DNA of 64,000 nt from the NCBI GenBank assembly GCA_003222055.1, contig QHUT01000055.1, forward strand, positions 759 to 64,758. The letters run 5' to 3'. The position numbers and the translations under genes are program-made. The DNA comes from Gemmatimonadota bacterium. Its GTDB lineage: Bacteria; Gemmatimonadota; Gemmatimonadetes; Gemmatimonadales; GWC2-71-9. This document shows, in pieces, positions 1-10,939 of the stretch. Below the pieces are notes generated by a model that saw only the letters and a list, made by a program, of their open reading frames with translations, had not been told where the DNA came from and ran no database searches. Each line of letters starts with the position of its first letter. Positions within the stretch are counted from its first letter, which is position 1.

Positions 1-56
1 GCACCGGAGCCGAGCAGGACATCGCGGCGGTGTTGCAGCGGGTCGCGAGCGACTGA
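1..56 (+). CDS. 3' end of a gene truncated by the window edge (…TGAEQDIAAVLQRVASD*)
   Basis: Open frame from position 3 with GC3-rich codons, ending TGA at 54-56 and converging on the next gene. Confidence 0.45.
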   Translation, partial: TGAEQDIAAVLQRVASD

Positions 57-57
57 G

Positions 58-642
58 CTACTCCCCCGTCTTCGGCGTGACGCGGTCGATCGCGCCCGCC
101 AGCTCCTTGTACGCCTGCGGGTCGATCTCCCGGAACGGCGCCATCACGTGCGCGATCTTCCCGTCCGGTCCCACCACGAACAGGTTGCGGTTGTCGAGCC
201 CGTACTTGGGGTTGATGGCGCCGTACGTCTTACCGATCAGGCTCCCGCTGTCGCTCGCGAACAGATACGGGAACTCGTCGTCGCGGGCCCATGCGGCGAG
301 CGTGTCCGCGGGATCCACGCTGATGGCGATGAGGATCACGTTGCGACCGTCGTGAAACAGCTGTGCGTACTGATCACGGTACGCATGCATTTGAATCGTT
401 CACCCTTTGGTGCGCGCCTTGTAGAAGAACGCCAGCACGACGGTCTTGCCTTTGAAATCGCTGAGATGGATCGGAGCCCGGAGCACGCCGTAGCGGGTGG
501 CGCCGGGGAGCGTAAAGTCGGGCGCGGCGACGCCGACTTGCAGCGGCTCGGGCGGCTTCGCCTCCTGCGCCGGGGCAGGACTTGGGGATGCGACGAGTGC
601 CGCCGCGAGCGGCACGAGCAGCGCGAGTGACGGACGTGACAT
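58..642 (-). CDS. Exported AhpC/TSA (BCP-like) peroxiredoxin, 194 aa, with in-frame UGA (probable selenocysteine) at the peroxidatic position
   Basis: ORFs 400..642 and 58..390 are in one frame, joined by TGA at 402-400: VLAFFYKARTKG-U-TIQMHAYRD. Motifs APDFTL, ISVD and R…FVVGPDGKI are present, plus an N-terminal signal peptide. Confidence 0.85.
364..385 (-). promoter_or_regulatory. Candidate bacterial SECIS hairpin
   Basis: UGCGUAC-CGUGAUCA-GUACGCA: 7-bp stem beginning 14 nt after the UGA, with G in the apical UGAU loop. Confidence 0.65.
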
Positions 643-685
643 CGCTGTTCCTCTCAGTTCGACGGGTTCGTTGAAATTTACACCG

Positions 686-2326
686 CTAGCGCGATGGGCG
701 TGTGTCAGAAACGGGTGGCGTCGCTCCGATGCTGGGCGCGCGATAATTCACGTCCAGCACCGCGAGCCGCGCGAGGTGGGTGGCGAGCCGGCGCGTGAAG
801 TCGGCGTAGTCCCGCTCGTCGCGCGGTGTCCACAGCACTTCCGCGAGCGCGCAGGCCCGCGGGAACGCCATGTACTCCACCCGCTTCGGGTCCGGGATGT
901 ACTCGGTCCACACCTGGCCCTGTGCTCCCAGCACGTGGCGGGCTTCGTCCGCCGTGAGCTCCGCGGGCACGGGCTCGAACGCGTACACCGTGTCGAGCGG
1001 CAGAAACCCGCCGATCGCCAGCGGCTCCCGCGTCGTGTCGGTGGACTGATAGTAGTCGAAGTAGGTGTGCGATCCGGGCGCCATCACCACGTCGTGCCCT
1101 GCCCGCGCCGCCGCGATGCCGCCCTCGATGCCGCGCCACGACATCACGGTAGCATTGGGCGCGAGCCCGCCCTGGAGAATCTCGTCCCAGCCGATGAGCG
1201 AGCGGCCATGGGCGGTGAGAAACTCGTCCATGCGGCGTGTGAACCAGCTCTGCAGCTCGTCTTCGTCTTTCAGGCCGAGCTCGCGGATGCGCTCCTGGGC
1301 CAGCGGGCTCGCCTTCCACTGGGCCTTGGGGGCCTCATCGCCGCCGATGTGGATCCAATGGCCCGGAAACAACGCCATCACTTCCGTGAGCACGTTTTGG
1401 TAGAACCGGATCGTCTGTTCGCCGGGGTTGAGGATGTTCTCGTCCACGCCCCACCTGGTCCAGGGGGAGAGCGTGTCGCCCTTGTTCCCCAGCTCGGGAT
1501 AAGCGGCGATCGCGGCCTGCGAATGCCCCGGCATCTCGATCTCGGGGACGATCGTGACGAACCGCGACTGGGCGTACGCCACGATCTCGCGGATGTCGTC
1601 CTGCGTGTAGAAGCCGCCGTGCGGCTGCCCGTCGAAGCGCCACGAGGTCGAGTCCCGTCGGTCCGGCCGTCCCACGATCGTCTCCCGGCGCCACGCACCC
1701 ACCAGCGTGAGCCGCGGGTACTGCTTGATCTCGATGCGCCATCCCTGATCCTCGGTGAGGTGCCAGTGGAAGCGATTCATCTTATGGAACGCCAGGAGAT
1801 CGATGTACTTCTTCACGAACTCCTTCGGCATGAAATGGCGCCCCACGTCCAGGTGCATCCCGCGCCAGCTGAAGCGCGGGTAGTCCTCGATCGACACCGC
1901 CGGTATCGTCCAGGCGGTGCCGGCCACCTTCGCCTCCCGCAGGATGGTGGGGGGAAAAAGCTGACGGAGTGTCTGGATGGCATAGAAAGCGCCCGCGGGG
2001 CGGGCGGCGCGGATCGTGACCCGACTGCGGCTCACGTCCAAGCGGTACCCCTCGTCGCTCACCGTCCGTAGAGTGCTGTCGAGACCGAGCGAGATCACCG
2101 GGACGCCGCGGGGAGGCGCCGACGAGCGCACGACCAGACGATAGCCCGTCGCGGGGAACAGGTAATCGGCGAGCATGAAGCCGAGCGCGCGGCTCGCCGC
2201 GTCCGTCGTGATCACCGTCGCGCCGGTGAGCGTGAAGGTCCCGGCCTTGGGCGTGAGATGCACAGGGCGGGGGATGACGGCGAACCCGGAGTCGAGCGTG
2301 AGCGCCAGCGCCAGCGCGGCCAGCAT
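686..2326 (-). CDS. Beta-N-acetylhexosaminidase (GH20)
   Basis: IEDYPRFSWRGMHLDVGRHF, HWHLTEDQGWR, catalytic HIGGDE; start MLAALALAL overlaps the upstream stop. Confidence 0.93.
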   Translation of the reverse strand: MLAALALALTLDSGFAVIPRPVHLTPKAGTFTLTGATVITTDAASRALGFMLADYLFPATGYRLVVRSSAPPRGVPVISLGLDSTLRTVSDEGYRLDVSRSRVTIRAARPAGAFYAIQTLRQLFPPTILREAKVAGTAWTIPAVSIEDYPRFSWRGMHLDVGRHFMPKEFVKKYIDLLAFHKMNRFHWHLTEDQGWRIEIKQYPRLTLVGAWRRETIVGRPDRRDSTSWRFDGQPHGGFYTQDDIREIVAYAQSRFVTIVPEIEMPGHSQAAIAAYPELGNKGDTLSPWTRWGVDENILNPGEQTIRFYQNVLTEVMALFPGHWIHIGGDEAPKAQWKASPLAQERIRELGLKDEDELQSWFTRRMDEFLTAHGRSLIGWDEILQGGLAPNATVMSWRGIEGGIAAARAGHDVVMAPGSHTYFDYYQSTDTTREPLAIGGFLPLDTVYAFEPVPAELTADEARHVLGAQGQVWTEYIPDPKRVEYMAFPRACALAEVLWTPRDERDYADFTRRLATHLARLAVLDVNYRAPSIGATPPVSDTRPSR

Positions 2327-4602
2327 CAGACGCCCCTCCCGTCCCGCGTGCGCGGCCCGGCCGGCAGATGCTCCAGCAGGTAGCGCGTCAGGAGGGAGAA
2401 CACGTGCAGCGTGGTGCCACGGCCCTCGCAGATGCAATGGCTGCGATTGGGATACTCCATGAAGTCGACCGGCTTCCCGAGAGCGATCAGCCGATTCAGC
2501 AGCCGCTCGGTGCCCTGATAGTGGACGTTGTCGTCGCCGGAGCCGTGCACCACGAGCAGGCGACCGCGCAGCCCCTCCGCGTGGTTGATGGCCGACGCCG
2601 TCTCGTACCCCGCCGCGTTCTCCTGCGGCAAGCCCATGTAGCGCTCCTGATAGATCGTGTCGTACAGCCGCTCGTCGGGCACCGGAGCCACGCTCATGCC
2701 CACCTGGTACACATCGGGGTAGCGGAACATCGCCTGCAGCGTGCTCGAGCCGCCGCCGCTCCACCCCCAGATGCCCACCCGGGTCGAATCGAGGTAACGC
2801 CGGGACCGTGTCAGAGCGCGCACGGCGTCCGCTTGCTCGCGACTCGACAGCACCCCGATCGCGCCGTGCACCACCTTGCGCCACGCCCGGCCGCGCGGCG
2901 CCGGCGTGCCGCGATTGTCGACGCTCGCGACGACGTAGCCCTGGTCCGCGAGCATCCGATGCCACAACCCCGTTCTGCCCGCCCACCGATCGAGCACGGT
3001 CTGCCCGGCGGGCTCACCGTACACGTGCATCAGGAGCGGGTACGTCTTGGTGGAATCGAAGTCGCGTGGCCGAATCATCCAGCCGTCGAGGGTCGCGCTG
3101 TCCGGAAGCGTCACGCGAAAGAACTCCGCGGGGCGCGCCGTGAGCGGCGCGACCGCCGCATGCAGCCGGTCGTTCGCCGCGAGCGTGCGGACGGTGGCAT
3201 GGGACGGCAGGCGCACGAGATCGGTCAGGGAGGGTGTGTCGAACGTCGAGTACGTGTGCCACGCCCAGCGCGCGTCCGGCGAGATGTCGTAGTCGTGGGT
3301 GCCCGGTCGCTCCCCGGGCGAGACGCGCTCGGGCGTTCCGCGCCCGTCGAGACGGGCGCGGTACAAGTAGCGCTGCGTGGCGTTATCGGGGGACGCGACG
3401 AAGTAGAGCCAGCCGCCCGGCTCGTCCACCGCGGCCACTTCGATTACGTCGAACGCGCCCGGCGTCACCAGGCGTACCGTCTTGCCGTCGCGGCTGACGC
3501 GATACACGTGTCGCCAGCCGTCGCGCTCGCTGAGCCAGGTGAACTCCTTCCCGCCCCCGCCCCCGAGCCAGCGCAGGTCGTCCACCACGTCGAGCCACGC
3601 GCTGTCTTGCTCGACGAGCACGGTCCGGACCGCGCCGGTCGCCGCATCGGCGAGCATCACGCGATCGACGGTCTGGGCGCGGTTGATGCGCTGCAACACG
3701 ACTTCGCGGGGCCCCGCCCACTCCATCCGGGGGATGTAGTTCTGGCGGGGATCGTCGGGCACCTGCAGCCAGGTGGTGGGACCGCCGTCCGCGCTCACCA
3801 CGCCGGCGGTCACGCTGGAGTTCGCGGTTCCGGCCTTGGGGTACTGGACGGGAACGACGAAGGGGTAGAGGGAGTCGGTGTCGTTGGTGAGCAGGAACGT
3901 GCCCACGCCGGTCATGTCGAAGCGCCAGTAGGCGAGGCGGGATCCGTCCGGCGACCAGCGGAAACCGTCGCGCAGGTCGAACTCCTCTTCGTAGACCCAG
4001 TCGGTCATGCCGTTCACGTGCAGCGAGTCGGCGTCGGCGGTGAGACGCGTGATGCGGCCGTCGGACAGGCGCTCGACGTACAGATCTCCTTGCCGCACGT
4101 ACGCGACGCGGTCCCCCGTGGGGGAGAACTTGGCGTACATGAGTGACGACGCCGGCGCGTCGCCGCCCAGCTTCTTGAGCGCCCCGCTGCCGCGCTCGAG
4201 CACCCAGTAATCCCCGCGCGTATTCTGGCGCCACACCCGCCGCGTGTTGGTGAACACGAGGAGCTTCGTGGCGTCGCTCGACCAGGCGTACTCGTCGACG
4301 TCGAGCGGCGCGGTGTCACCCGGGGGGACGAGCTGCCGCGCGGCAACGGCGATGCTGCGCGCCCCCGTCGCCGTCTCGTAGCGCACGATCTCCGATGCGC
4401 CGCTTCGGCCGGCGGCCGGCTCGACCGTCGTGTAGGCCGTACCGCCGGCGATCCAACGGGCCGGACCGAAGCGCTCCGGCGCGAAGTCGCCCGAGGCGAA
4501 CACACGCCGCAGCATGTCGCCGACGGGGGCCGGAAGCTGCCCCGCCAGGGGCGTCGCCGCGACCCCGCTCGCCGCGGCGAGGACGATCATGACTCGACGC
4601 AT
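2326..4602 (-). CDS. S9B dipeptidyl peptidase IV family protein
   Basis: DWVYEEE, GWSGGG nucleophile motif, HGSGDDNVH; signal peptide. Confidence 0.93.
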   Translation of the reverse strand: MRRVMIVLAAASGVAATPLAGQLPAPVGDMLRRVFASGDFAPERFGPARWIAGGTAYTTVEPAAGRSGASEIVRYETATGARSIAVAARQLVPPGDTAPLDVDEYAWSSDATKLLVFTNTRRVWRQNTRGDYWVLERGSGALKKLGGDAPASSLMYAKFSPTGDRVAYVRQGDLYVERLSDGRITRLTADADSLHVNGMTDWVYEEEFDLRDGFRWSPDGSRLAYWRFDMTGVGTFLLTNDTDSLYPFVVPVQYPKAGTANSSVTAGVVSADGGPTTWLQVPDDPRQNYIPRMEWAGPREVVLQRINRAQTVDRVMLADAATGAVRTVLVEQDSAWLDVVDDLRWLGGGGGKEFTWLSERDGWRHVYRVSRDGKTVRLVTPGAFDVIEVAAVDEPGGWLYFVASPDNATQRYLYRARLDGRGTPERVSPGERPGTHDYDISPDARWAWHTYSTFDTPSLTDLVRLPSHATVRTLAANDRLHAAVAPLTARPAEFFRVTLPDSATLDGWMIRPRDFDSTKTYPLLMHVYGEPAGQTVLDRWAGRTGLWHRMLADQGYVVASVDNRGTPAPRGRAWRKVVHGAIGVLSSREQADAVRALTRSRRYLDSTRVGIWGWSGGGSSTLQAMFRYPDVYQVGMSVAPVPDERLYDTIYQERYMGLPQENAAGYETASAINHAEGLRGRLLVVHGSGDDNVHYQGTERLLNRLIALGKPVDFMEYPNRSHCICEGRGTTLHVFSLLTRYLLEHLPAGPRTRDGRGV

Positions 4603-4609
4603 CGGGCGC

Positions 4610-5437
4610 TCACTTGTGCTCGGACAGCTCTCTGATCCAGATATCGCGGTAGCGGACGGGGTGGCCGTGATCCTGCAGCAGCAACGGCAGCCGATCCGCG
4701 TGCGGCTGGTAATGGGCGACCCGCCCGTGCACGGTCCAGCCGGTGATGATCGTGTTGTCCTGCACGAGCACCCCGTTGTGCAGCACGGTGACCCGCGCCG
4801 AGTCGCGCACCGCGCCGTCCGGCGCGAAGCGGGGCCGGTGAAACACGATATCGTAGGTCTGCCATTGGCCCGGCGGGCGGCTCGCGTTGACAAGCGGCGG
4901 GGTCTGTCCGTACACGGCGGCGGCCTGGCCGTCGGCATACGTGTCGCTGTGATAGGAATCGAGCACCTGCACTTCGTAATGCGTCATCAGGAAGACGCCG
5001 CTGTTGCCGCGATCCTGGCCCTCTCCCGTGGCGGGGACCGGCGTCGCCCATTCGAGGTGCAGCTGCACGTCCCCGAAGCGGCGCTTCGTCACGATCGCCC
5101 CCGTGTGCGGCGCCACCTCCAGGTAGCCGTCCCGCACGACCCACTTCGCCGGCGTGCTGTCCTCGGACTGCCACTGCGCCAGGCTCTTCCCATCGAACAG
5201 CACGATCGCATCCGACGGCGGCGCCACGGGTGGCCGCTCCGGGCCGGGGTCGACGACCGGAGGGCGGGGGCGGTCCATCGAGTGGACCGGCCATTGCTGC
5301 GCCGGCGAGCGTACGGGACTGCAAACGAGCGCCAGGAGCGCCAGCGAGCCGATTGCGGATTGCGGATTTCGGATTGCGGATTCGATGGCCGCTCTCCAAA
5401 TCCGCAATCCGTAATCCACAATCCGCAATTGGTTCAT
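4610..5437 (-). CDS. DUF1080 (3-keto-disaccharide hydrolase family) protein with a repeat-derived N-terminus
   Basis: LFDGKSL, GNSGVF, YEVQVLDS, LQDHG…VRYRDIWIREL; ATG overlaps the upstream TGA. Confidence 0.9.
   Translation of the reverse strand: MNQLRIVDYGLRIWRAAIESAIRNPQSAIGSLALLALVCSPVRSPAQQWPVHSMDRPRPPVVDPGPERPPVAPPSDAIVLFDGKSLAQWQSEDSTPAKWVVRDGYLEVAPHTGAIVTKRRFGDVQLHLEWATPVPATGEGQDRGNSGVFLMTHYEVQVLDSYHSDTYADGQAAAVYGQTPPLVNASRPPGQWQTYDIVFHRPRFAPDGAVRDSARVTVLHNGVLVQDNTIITGWTVHGRVAHYQPHADRLPLLLQDHGHPVRYRDIWIRELSEHK
5351..5429. repeat. Heptamer-palindrome element, copy 1: (GATTGCG)n-loop-(CAATCCG)n
   Basis: Inverted arms of tandem 7-mers, inside the 5' end of the DUF1080 CDS. Confidence 0.9.
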
Positions 5438-6678
5438 GGTTTCCAGGTCCCCTTGGCGACGGCAGGCACGAACGTCTCCACTCCTTTGGGGGGGAATTCC
5501 AGCGTCTTCCCCTGCTCGGCGCTCATGTACGCCGTCATGAGAACCTTCACGACCTCGACGCCGTCGTCGAATGTGAGCTGCGGCGCCTCGCGCCCGAGGA
5601 ACACGCGCACGAAATGGCGGTCCTCGGCCTCGTAGCCGTATACCGCCGCCTCACCCGAGATGACCGGCATGAGGCCCATCTCCGCGTTCTGCTTCTCCAC
5701 CAGATCCTCGCCGGACTGACCCTTCACCTCGCGGCTGAAGAACAGTCTGAGCGGGCTGTCGAGCGAGTTCCACGACATCGAGTATTCGGGGCCGAGTAGC
5801 TCGGCGGAGAGGCGCAGCCCGGCTCCCACGAAGCTCCACGAGGTCGTCGCCTCGCCCAGCACCGGGGCGCCGTCCTCGGCCGCGAATTCGATCATCACGC
5901 TCGCGAAGTCTTCCGAGGGCCGCTTGGTATAGTCCACTTCCTTGCCCATGCGCTGCTGCAGCTGCTTCGCGTACGTCGGCTGGCTCCACTTGAGGCTGGC
6001 AATGTGCCCCGTCACGCGCACCGGCCGCACCGTCGAGAGCGGGGCGCCGGGTTTGGTGAGCAGGTGCCGCACCACGAGGGACGAGTGGCACATCATGTCG
6101 TTCAACACGCCGCCGCCCTGAAGGTCGCCCCGCCAAAACCACGGCATGTGCGGCCCGCTGTGTTCTTCCGCCGCGCGCGCCAGATACGGCCGGCCGGTGA
6201 GGGATGCGCCCCGTGCCCAGATGATCGCCCGGCCCTGCGCCACGGCGGGCGCGAACAGCTGGTTCTCCAGGTAGCCGTGCGCCAGCCCCGCCTTTTTCAC
6301 CAGCTCGGTGACCCGCATGGCTTCGGTGACGTTGCGCGCCAGCGGCTTCTCGCACGCGATGCCCTTGAGCGCTCCCTTGCCGCGCGTGACGGCGTCCACG
6401 ATCTCCTCGACGTTCTCGATCCGGGCCTGGTTCGGTCCGCACAACCACAGCGCGTCGATCCCCGGGTCCGCCACCATTTCGGCGATCGAGCGATGGGCTT
6501 TGGCGGGCCCGAGATCGAGTTTGCGGGCCATCGCGGCCATGTCTTCGGCGTGCTTGACGTTCGGGCTCCACACGCCGAGCACGTCGGCATCGCGCACGGT
6601 CTGGAGTCCCTGCAAGTGGAACCGCGCGTTGAATCCGCTGCCCACGAACCCGATTCCCAGGCGCTTGTTGCCCGTCAC
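5434..6678 (-). CDS. Gfo/Idh/MocA family oxidoreductase
   Basis: GFVGSGFNA Rossmann motif, CEKPLA, GGGVLNDMMCH. Confidence 0.9.
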   Translation of the reverse strand: MTGNKRLGIGFVGSGFNARFHLQGLQTVRDADVLGVWSPNVKHAEDMAAMARKLDLGPAKAHRSIAEMVADPGIDALWLCGPNQARIENVEEIVDAVTRGKGALKGIACEKPLARNVTEAMRVTELVKKAGLAHGYLENQLFAPAVAQGRAIIWARGASLTGRPYLARAAEEHSGPHMPWFWRGDLQGGGVLNDMMCHSSLVVRHLLTKPGAPLSTVRPVRVTGHIASLKWSQPTYAKQLQQRMGKEVDYTKRPSEDFASVMIEFAAEDGAPVLGEATTSWSFVGAGLRLSAELLGPEYSMSWNSLDSPLRLFFSREVKGQSGEDLVEKQNAEMGLMPVISGEAAVYGYEAEDRHFVRVFLGREAPQLTFDDGVEVVKVLMTAYMSAEQGKTLEFPPKGVETFVPAVAKGTWKP

Positions 6679-6708
6679 GCTTTCCCTTTTTCCCTTTCCC
6701 GTTTCGCG

Positions 6709-7299
6709 TCAGTCCGCGTAGCGTACGCCGAGCTTGTCCAGCGCTTCCGGCGGGCAGCCCTTCCATTCGGCCACGAAGGTGTTGCCCAGGTAGCGCAGGT
6801 CCTGCACGCCCAGCTTGCTCGAGAAGAAGCCCGAGGCCGTGAGGTCCCGGAAGCTGTTGAAGAAGGCGACGCCGGCGGCGTGCTGTGGCTTGGCCTTCTT
6901 CGGCCACGCGATATCGTCCAACAGGGCGATCCGTTCGGCGTCGCTGCACGCGACGAACGTCTTGCTCCAGCGATCGTCGCATTCGTGGTCCAGCCACGCC
7001 AGTCCGCCGCGAATCGGCGTCTCGAGGTCGGGATCGTCCCCCAGCATGAAGTCCATGAACTCGGGGACGCCGGCATCCGTGGCGCTTCCGGAGCGGTCGT
7101 CTTTTGGAATGATCAGGTCGACGAGCAGCCGGACCGTGTCCCATTCGTGGGCGGTGAAGCGCTTCGGCTCGTAGCGGGCGCCGCCCGTGAGCGCCAGCCG
7201 CGCCTGCGCCGCGGCCTCGCGCACTGATTCCGGCGCCCAGCGGAACGCCGTGGCAACCGGTGCCATTGCGAGCATACGCATAGCCGAGCGTCTATCCAT
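6709..7299 (-). CDS. Gluconate 2-dehydrogenase subunit 3 family protein (Tat-exported partner of the GMC enzyme)
   Basis: MDRRSAMR twin-arginine start, LIIPKDDRSGSATDAGVPEF, GFFSSKLG…YLGN. Confidence 0.85.
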   Translation of the reverse strand: MDRRSAMRMLAMAPVATAFRWAPESVREAAAQARLALTGGARYEPKRFTAHEWDTVRLLVDLIIPKDDRSGSATDAGVPEFMDFMLGDDPDLETPIRGGLAWLDHECDDRWSKTFVACSDAERIALLDDIAWPKKAKPQHAAGVAFFNSFRDLTASGFFSSKLGVQDLRYLGNTFVAEWKGCPPEALDKLGVRYAD

Positions 7300-7309
7300 C
7301 GCTTCCCCC

Positions 7310-7396
7310 ATTTCGGATTGCGGATTTCGGATTGCGGATTTGACGTACGGGACCCGGCCGTGACAATCCGCAATCCACAATCCGCATTCCGCAATC
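7310..7396. repeat. Heptamer-palindrome element, copy 2
   Basis: GGATTGC/GGATTTC arm followed by a CAATCCG arm; intergenic. Confidence 0.9.
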
Positions 7397-7398
7397 GC

Positions 7399-9084
7399 TC
7401 ACAGTTCGCCCCGCTTGATCAGTTCCGTGATATGCTCACTGGTCCGGAGCGACAGCGCGAGAATCGTCCACGTCGGGTTCTTGTCCGCCTGCGACACGAA
7501 CGGCGCGCCGTCGGTCACGAACAGGTTCTTGCACTCGTGCGCCTGGCACCAGCGGTTCGTCACCGACGTTTTGGGGTCGTCGCCCATGCGCGCGCCACCC
7601 AGCTCGTGAATGATGACGCCGCCCGCCGCGATGCCGTATCCGCGCTCGGGCCCCGGCATCGGGGAGAACACCTCGCCGCCCATGTCGGCGATGAGCGCTC
7701 GAAACGTCTCCTGCATGTGCTTCACCTGCTTGTACTCGTGGTCCGACCACTTCCAGTGAAAGCGCAACACCGGAATGCCCCAGCGGTCCACCGTGCGCGA
7801 GTCGATCTCGCAGTAGGTGTCGTCGTTGGGAATCATCTCCCCGCGGCCCGAGAACCCGACGGTGGCGCCGTAGTAGCGACGGTAGTCGTCCTTGAGCTGT
7901 TTGCCGTAGCCGCCACCCGCCGGATAGCGTTGCATCCCGCCCATGAAGCCGTAGCTCGGAACGTGCGTCCCGCCCCACACCTCGATATGGTACCCGCGCG
8001 GGAAGTCGAGCTTCTGGTCCTCGAGCCACCATGGCATGTACAGGTGCATCCCGCCTACGCCGTCGTGGTTGTGCGGGACGTGGTCCATCATCTTGGGGAT
8101 GAACCCCGCGACGTCCGTCCCGGTGGTATCGGTGATGTACTTGCCCACCGTGCCGCTGCCGTTCGCCAGGCCGTTCGGGAACGCCGGCGACTTCGAGTTG
8201 AGGAGCAGGCGGGCGGTCTCGAGCGCGCTCGCGGCGAGCACCACGACCTTGGCGCGGACATGCTGGTCTGCGCCGGTGGTCTTGTCGACGTAGGCCACCC
8301 CCGAGGCGCGGCCGGCCTTGTCAACCGTCACCTCGCGGGCCATCGCGTTGGTGACGAGCGTGAGCCGGCCGGTGGTGAGAGCGGGGCCGATCAGCACGTT
8401 GGTGGAGGTGAAGTTCGCGTTGACGCGGCAGCCGCGATTGCACTGGCCGCAGTAGTGGCACGGCGCCCGGCCGTTGAGCGGTCGCGTCAGGATCGAGAGC
8501 CGAGACGGAATGCAAGTGATGTGGAGCCGGTCCGCCGCCTGCTTGACCAGCAGCTCGTGGCAGCGCGGGCGCGGCGGCGGCTGGAACACGCCGTCCGGCT
8601 CGTTGGGAAGGTTCTCCTTGCTGCCGAAGACGCCGATCAGGCGGTCGATTTTATCGTAAAACGGCGCGACATCTTCGTACGAGATGGGCCAGTCGTCGCC
8701 CAGGCCGTCCCTGCTCTTGCGCTTGAAGTCGTACGGGCCGAAGCGCAGCGAAATCCGGCCCCAGTGGTTGGTGCGGCCCCCGACCATGCGGGCGCGCCAC
8801 CAGTTGAACTCGGTTCCCGACGCGCGCGTGTAGGGCTCGCCCTCGATCTCCCAGCCGCCGATGCAGGCGTCGAATTCGCCGAATGGATGGTCCTTGGTCG
8901 AGCGGCCGCGGCGCGGCGACTCGTACGGCCAGGTGAGCATGGCCGAGTCCTTGAGGTTGTCCCACGGCACGCCCGCCTCGAGGACGATCACGTCGGCGCC
9001 CGCGCGGGTGAGGGCGTGGGCCGCCATGCCCCCGCCGGCGCCCGAGCCGACGATGCACACGTCGTAGGTCTTGCCCTGGCTCAC
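7399..9084 (-). CDS. GMC family FAD oxidoreductase (glycoside 3-dehydrogenase-like)
   Basis: YDVCIVGSGAGGG, GGRTNHW, CHYCGQCNRGC Fe-S motif, HELGGARMG, NPTWTILAL. Confidence 0.92.
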   Translation of the reverse strand: MSQGKTYDVCIVGSGAGGGMAAHALTRAGADVIVLEAGVPWDNLKDSAMLTWPYESPRRGRSTKDHPFGEFDACIGGWEIEGEPYTRASGTEFNWWRARMVGGRTNHWGRISLRFGPYDFKRKSRDGLGDDWPISYEDVAPFYDKIDRLIGVFGSKENLPNEPDGVFQPPPRPRCHELLVKQAADRLHITCIPSRLSILTRPLNGRAPCHYCGQCNRGCRVNANFTSTNVLIGPALTTGRLTLVTNAMAREVTVDKAGRASGVAYVDKTTGADQHVRAKVVVLAASALETARLLLNSKSPAFPNGLANGSGTVGKYITDTTGTDVAGFIPKMMDHVPHNHDGVGGMHLYMPWWLEDQKLDFPRGYHIEVWGGTHVPSYGFMGGMQRYPAGGGYGKQLKDDYRRYYGATVGFSGRGEMIPNDDTYCEIDSRTVDRWGIPVLRFHWKWSDHEYKQVKHMQETFRALIADMGGEVFSPMPGPERGYGIAAGGVIIHELGGARMGDDPKTSVTNRWCQAHECKNLFVTDGAPFVSQADKNPTWTILALSLRTSEHITELIKRGEL

Positions 9085-9097
9085 GGTCGTCGTCCCC

Positions 9098-9957
<860 letters not shown>

Positions 9958-9958
<1 letters not shown>

Positions 9959-10791
9959 CAGAACTCCAACCGCTTCAGGTAGTCACAGCTCGCCTTGATG
10001 GACGCGAACGAGTCCGCCGGCTGGTCGTGCTCCACGAAGAAGTGCTTGATCCCCGCCTGCTGCTGCTTGGCGAAGATGCGCTTCCAGTCGATCGTGCCGG
10101 CCCCCACGTCGGCCATCTTGTTGTCGGGCGGTCCCATCGAGTCCTTCACGTGGACCAGCGGGAACCGGCCGGGCCAGCGCGCGAAGTACGCCAACGGGTC
10201 CTGGCCCCCTTTGGTGATCCAGTACAAGTCCATCTCCATCTGTACCAGCTTGGGATCCGTCTCGGCGAGCAGCACGTCGTAGGGCAGCTTTCCTTCCACC
10301 GGGGCGAACTCGAAGTCGTGGTTGTGGTAGGCGAACTGCAGCCCCGCCGCGCGAGCCTGTTCCGCCGCCTGGTTGAAATGGGCGGCGATCTTCTTGTAGC
10401 CGTCGACCCCCGTGCGCTGCTCCACGGGGATCCAGGGGACCACGACGTACTGGTGACCGATCACGTGCGCCGCCTCGAGCGCTTCGTGCCAGGCGTCGGG
10501 CCCGCCCGCCGAGATGTGCGCCGACGGCGCGGTGAGGGCGTTGCGGTCGAGCATGGCGCGCACCTCCGCGGGCGTCTTCTTGAAGTAGCCCGCGAACTCG
10601 ACCTCCTTGTACCCGCTCGCGGCCACCCGCGCGATCGTGCCTTCGACGTCCTTCTCCATCTCATGACGCACGGTGTAGAGCTGCAGGCCGACGCGCTCGA
10701 TATGCGCGCGCGCCAGGCGCGGCAGACGGGGCAGCCCGGCCGCCACGGCCGCGCCGCCGAGTACCTGGAGAAAACTGCGGCGATCGCTCAC
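9958..10791 (-). CDS. Sugar phosphate isomerase/epimerase (IolE-like TIM barrel, Tat signal)
   Basis: SDRRSFL, GLQLYTVR, YHNHDFEF, HVKD, FVEHD. Confidence 0.9.
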
Positions 10792-10874
10792 GGTCAGGGC
10801 TCCTCGGGGTGGGGGAGGGAACAAGATCCACGCGCGCCGGCCCTCCCGCCAGGAGGCCCCGCGGGCACGGGGCG

Positions 10875-10930
10875 TTGACAGGGGCCGCCGCTGATGTATG
10901 TTTATGCATCTTCCTGCATAAACAGTGAGG
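10875..10930 (+). promoter_or_regulatory. argGH promoter overlapped by tandem ARG-box-like operators
   Basis: TTGACA 10875-80 and TATGTT 10897-902; AT-rich ATGTATGTTTATGCAT and TGCATAAACAGT resemble ArgR boxes; perfect 10-bp inverted repeat TGTTTATGCA/TGCATAAACA. Confidence 0.75.
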
Positions 10931-10939
10931 CGGGTACCT

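Noticed and set aside
2327-2986. Long N-terminal extensions in the ORF track (GH20, GMC, NtrX to 19282, kbl to 33446, DUF58 from 50796)
   Set aside because: They overlap upstream genes in another frame; real starts were placed at coupled ATG/GTG codons where family homology begins.
5351-5429. Heptamer repeats as a CRISPR array
   Set aside because: No 23-47-bp repeats with unique spacers and no cas genes.
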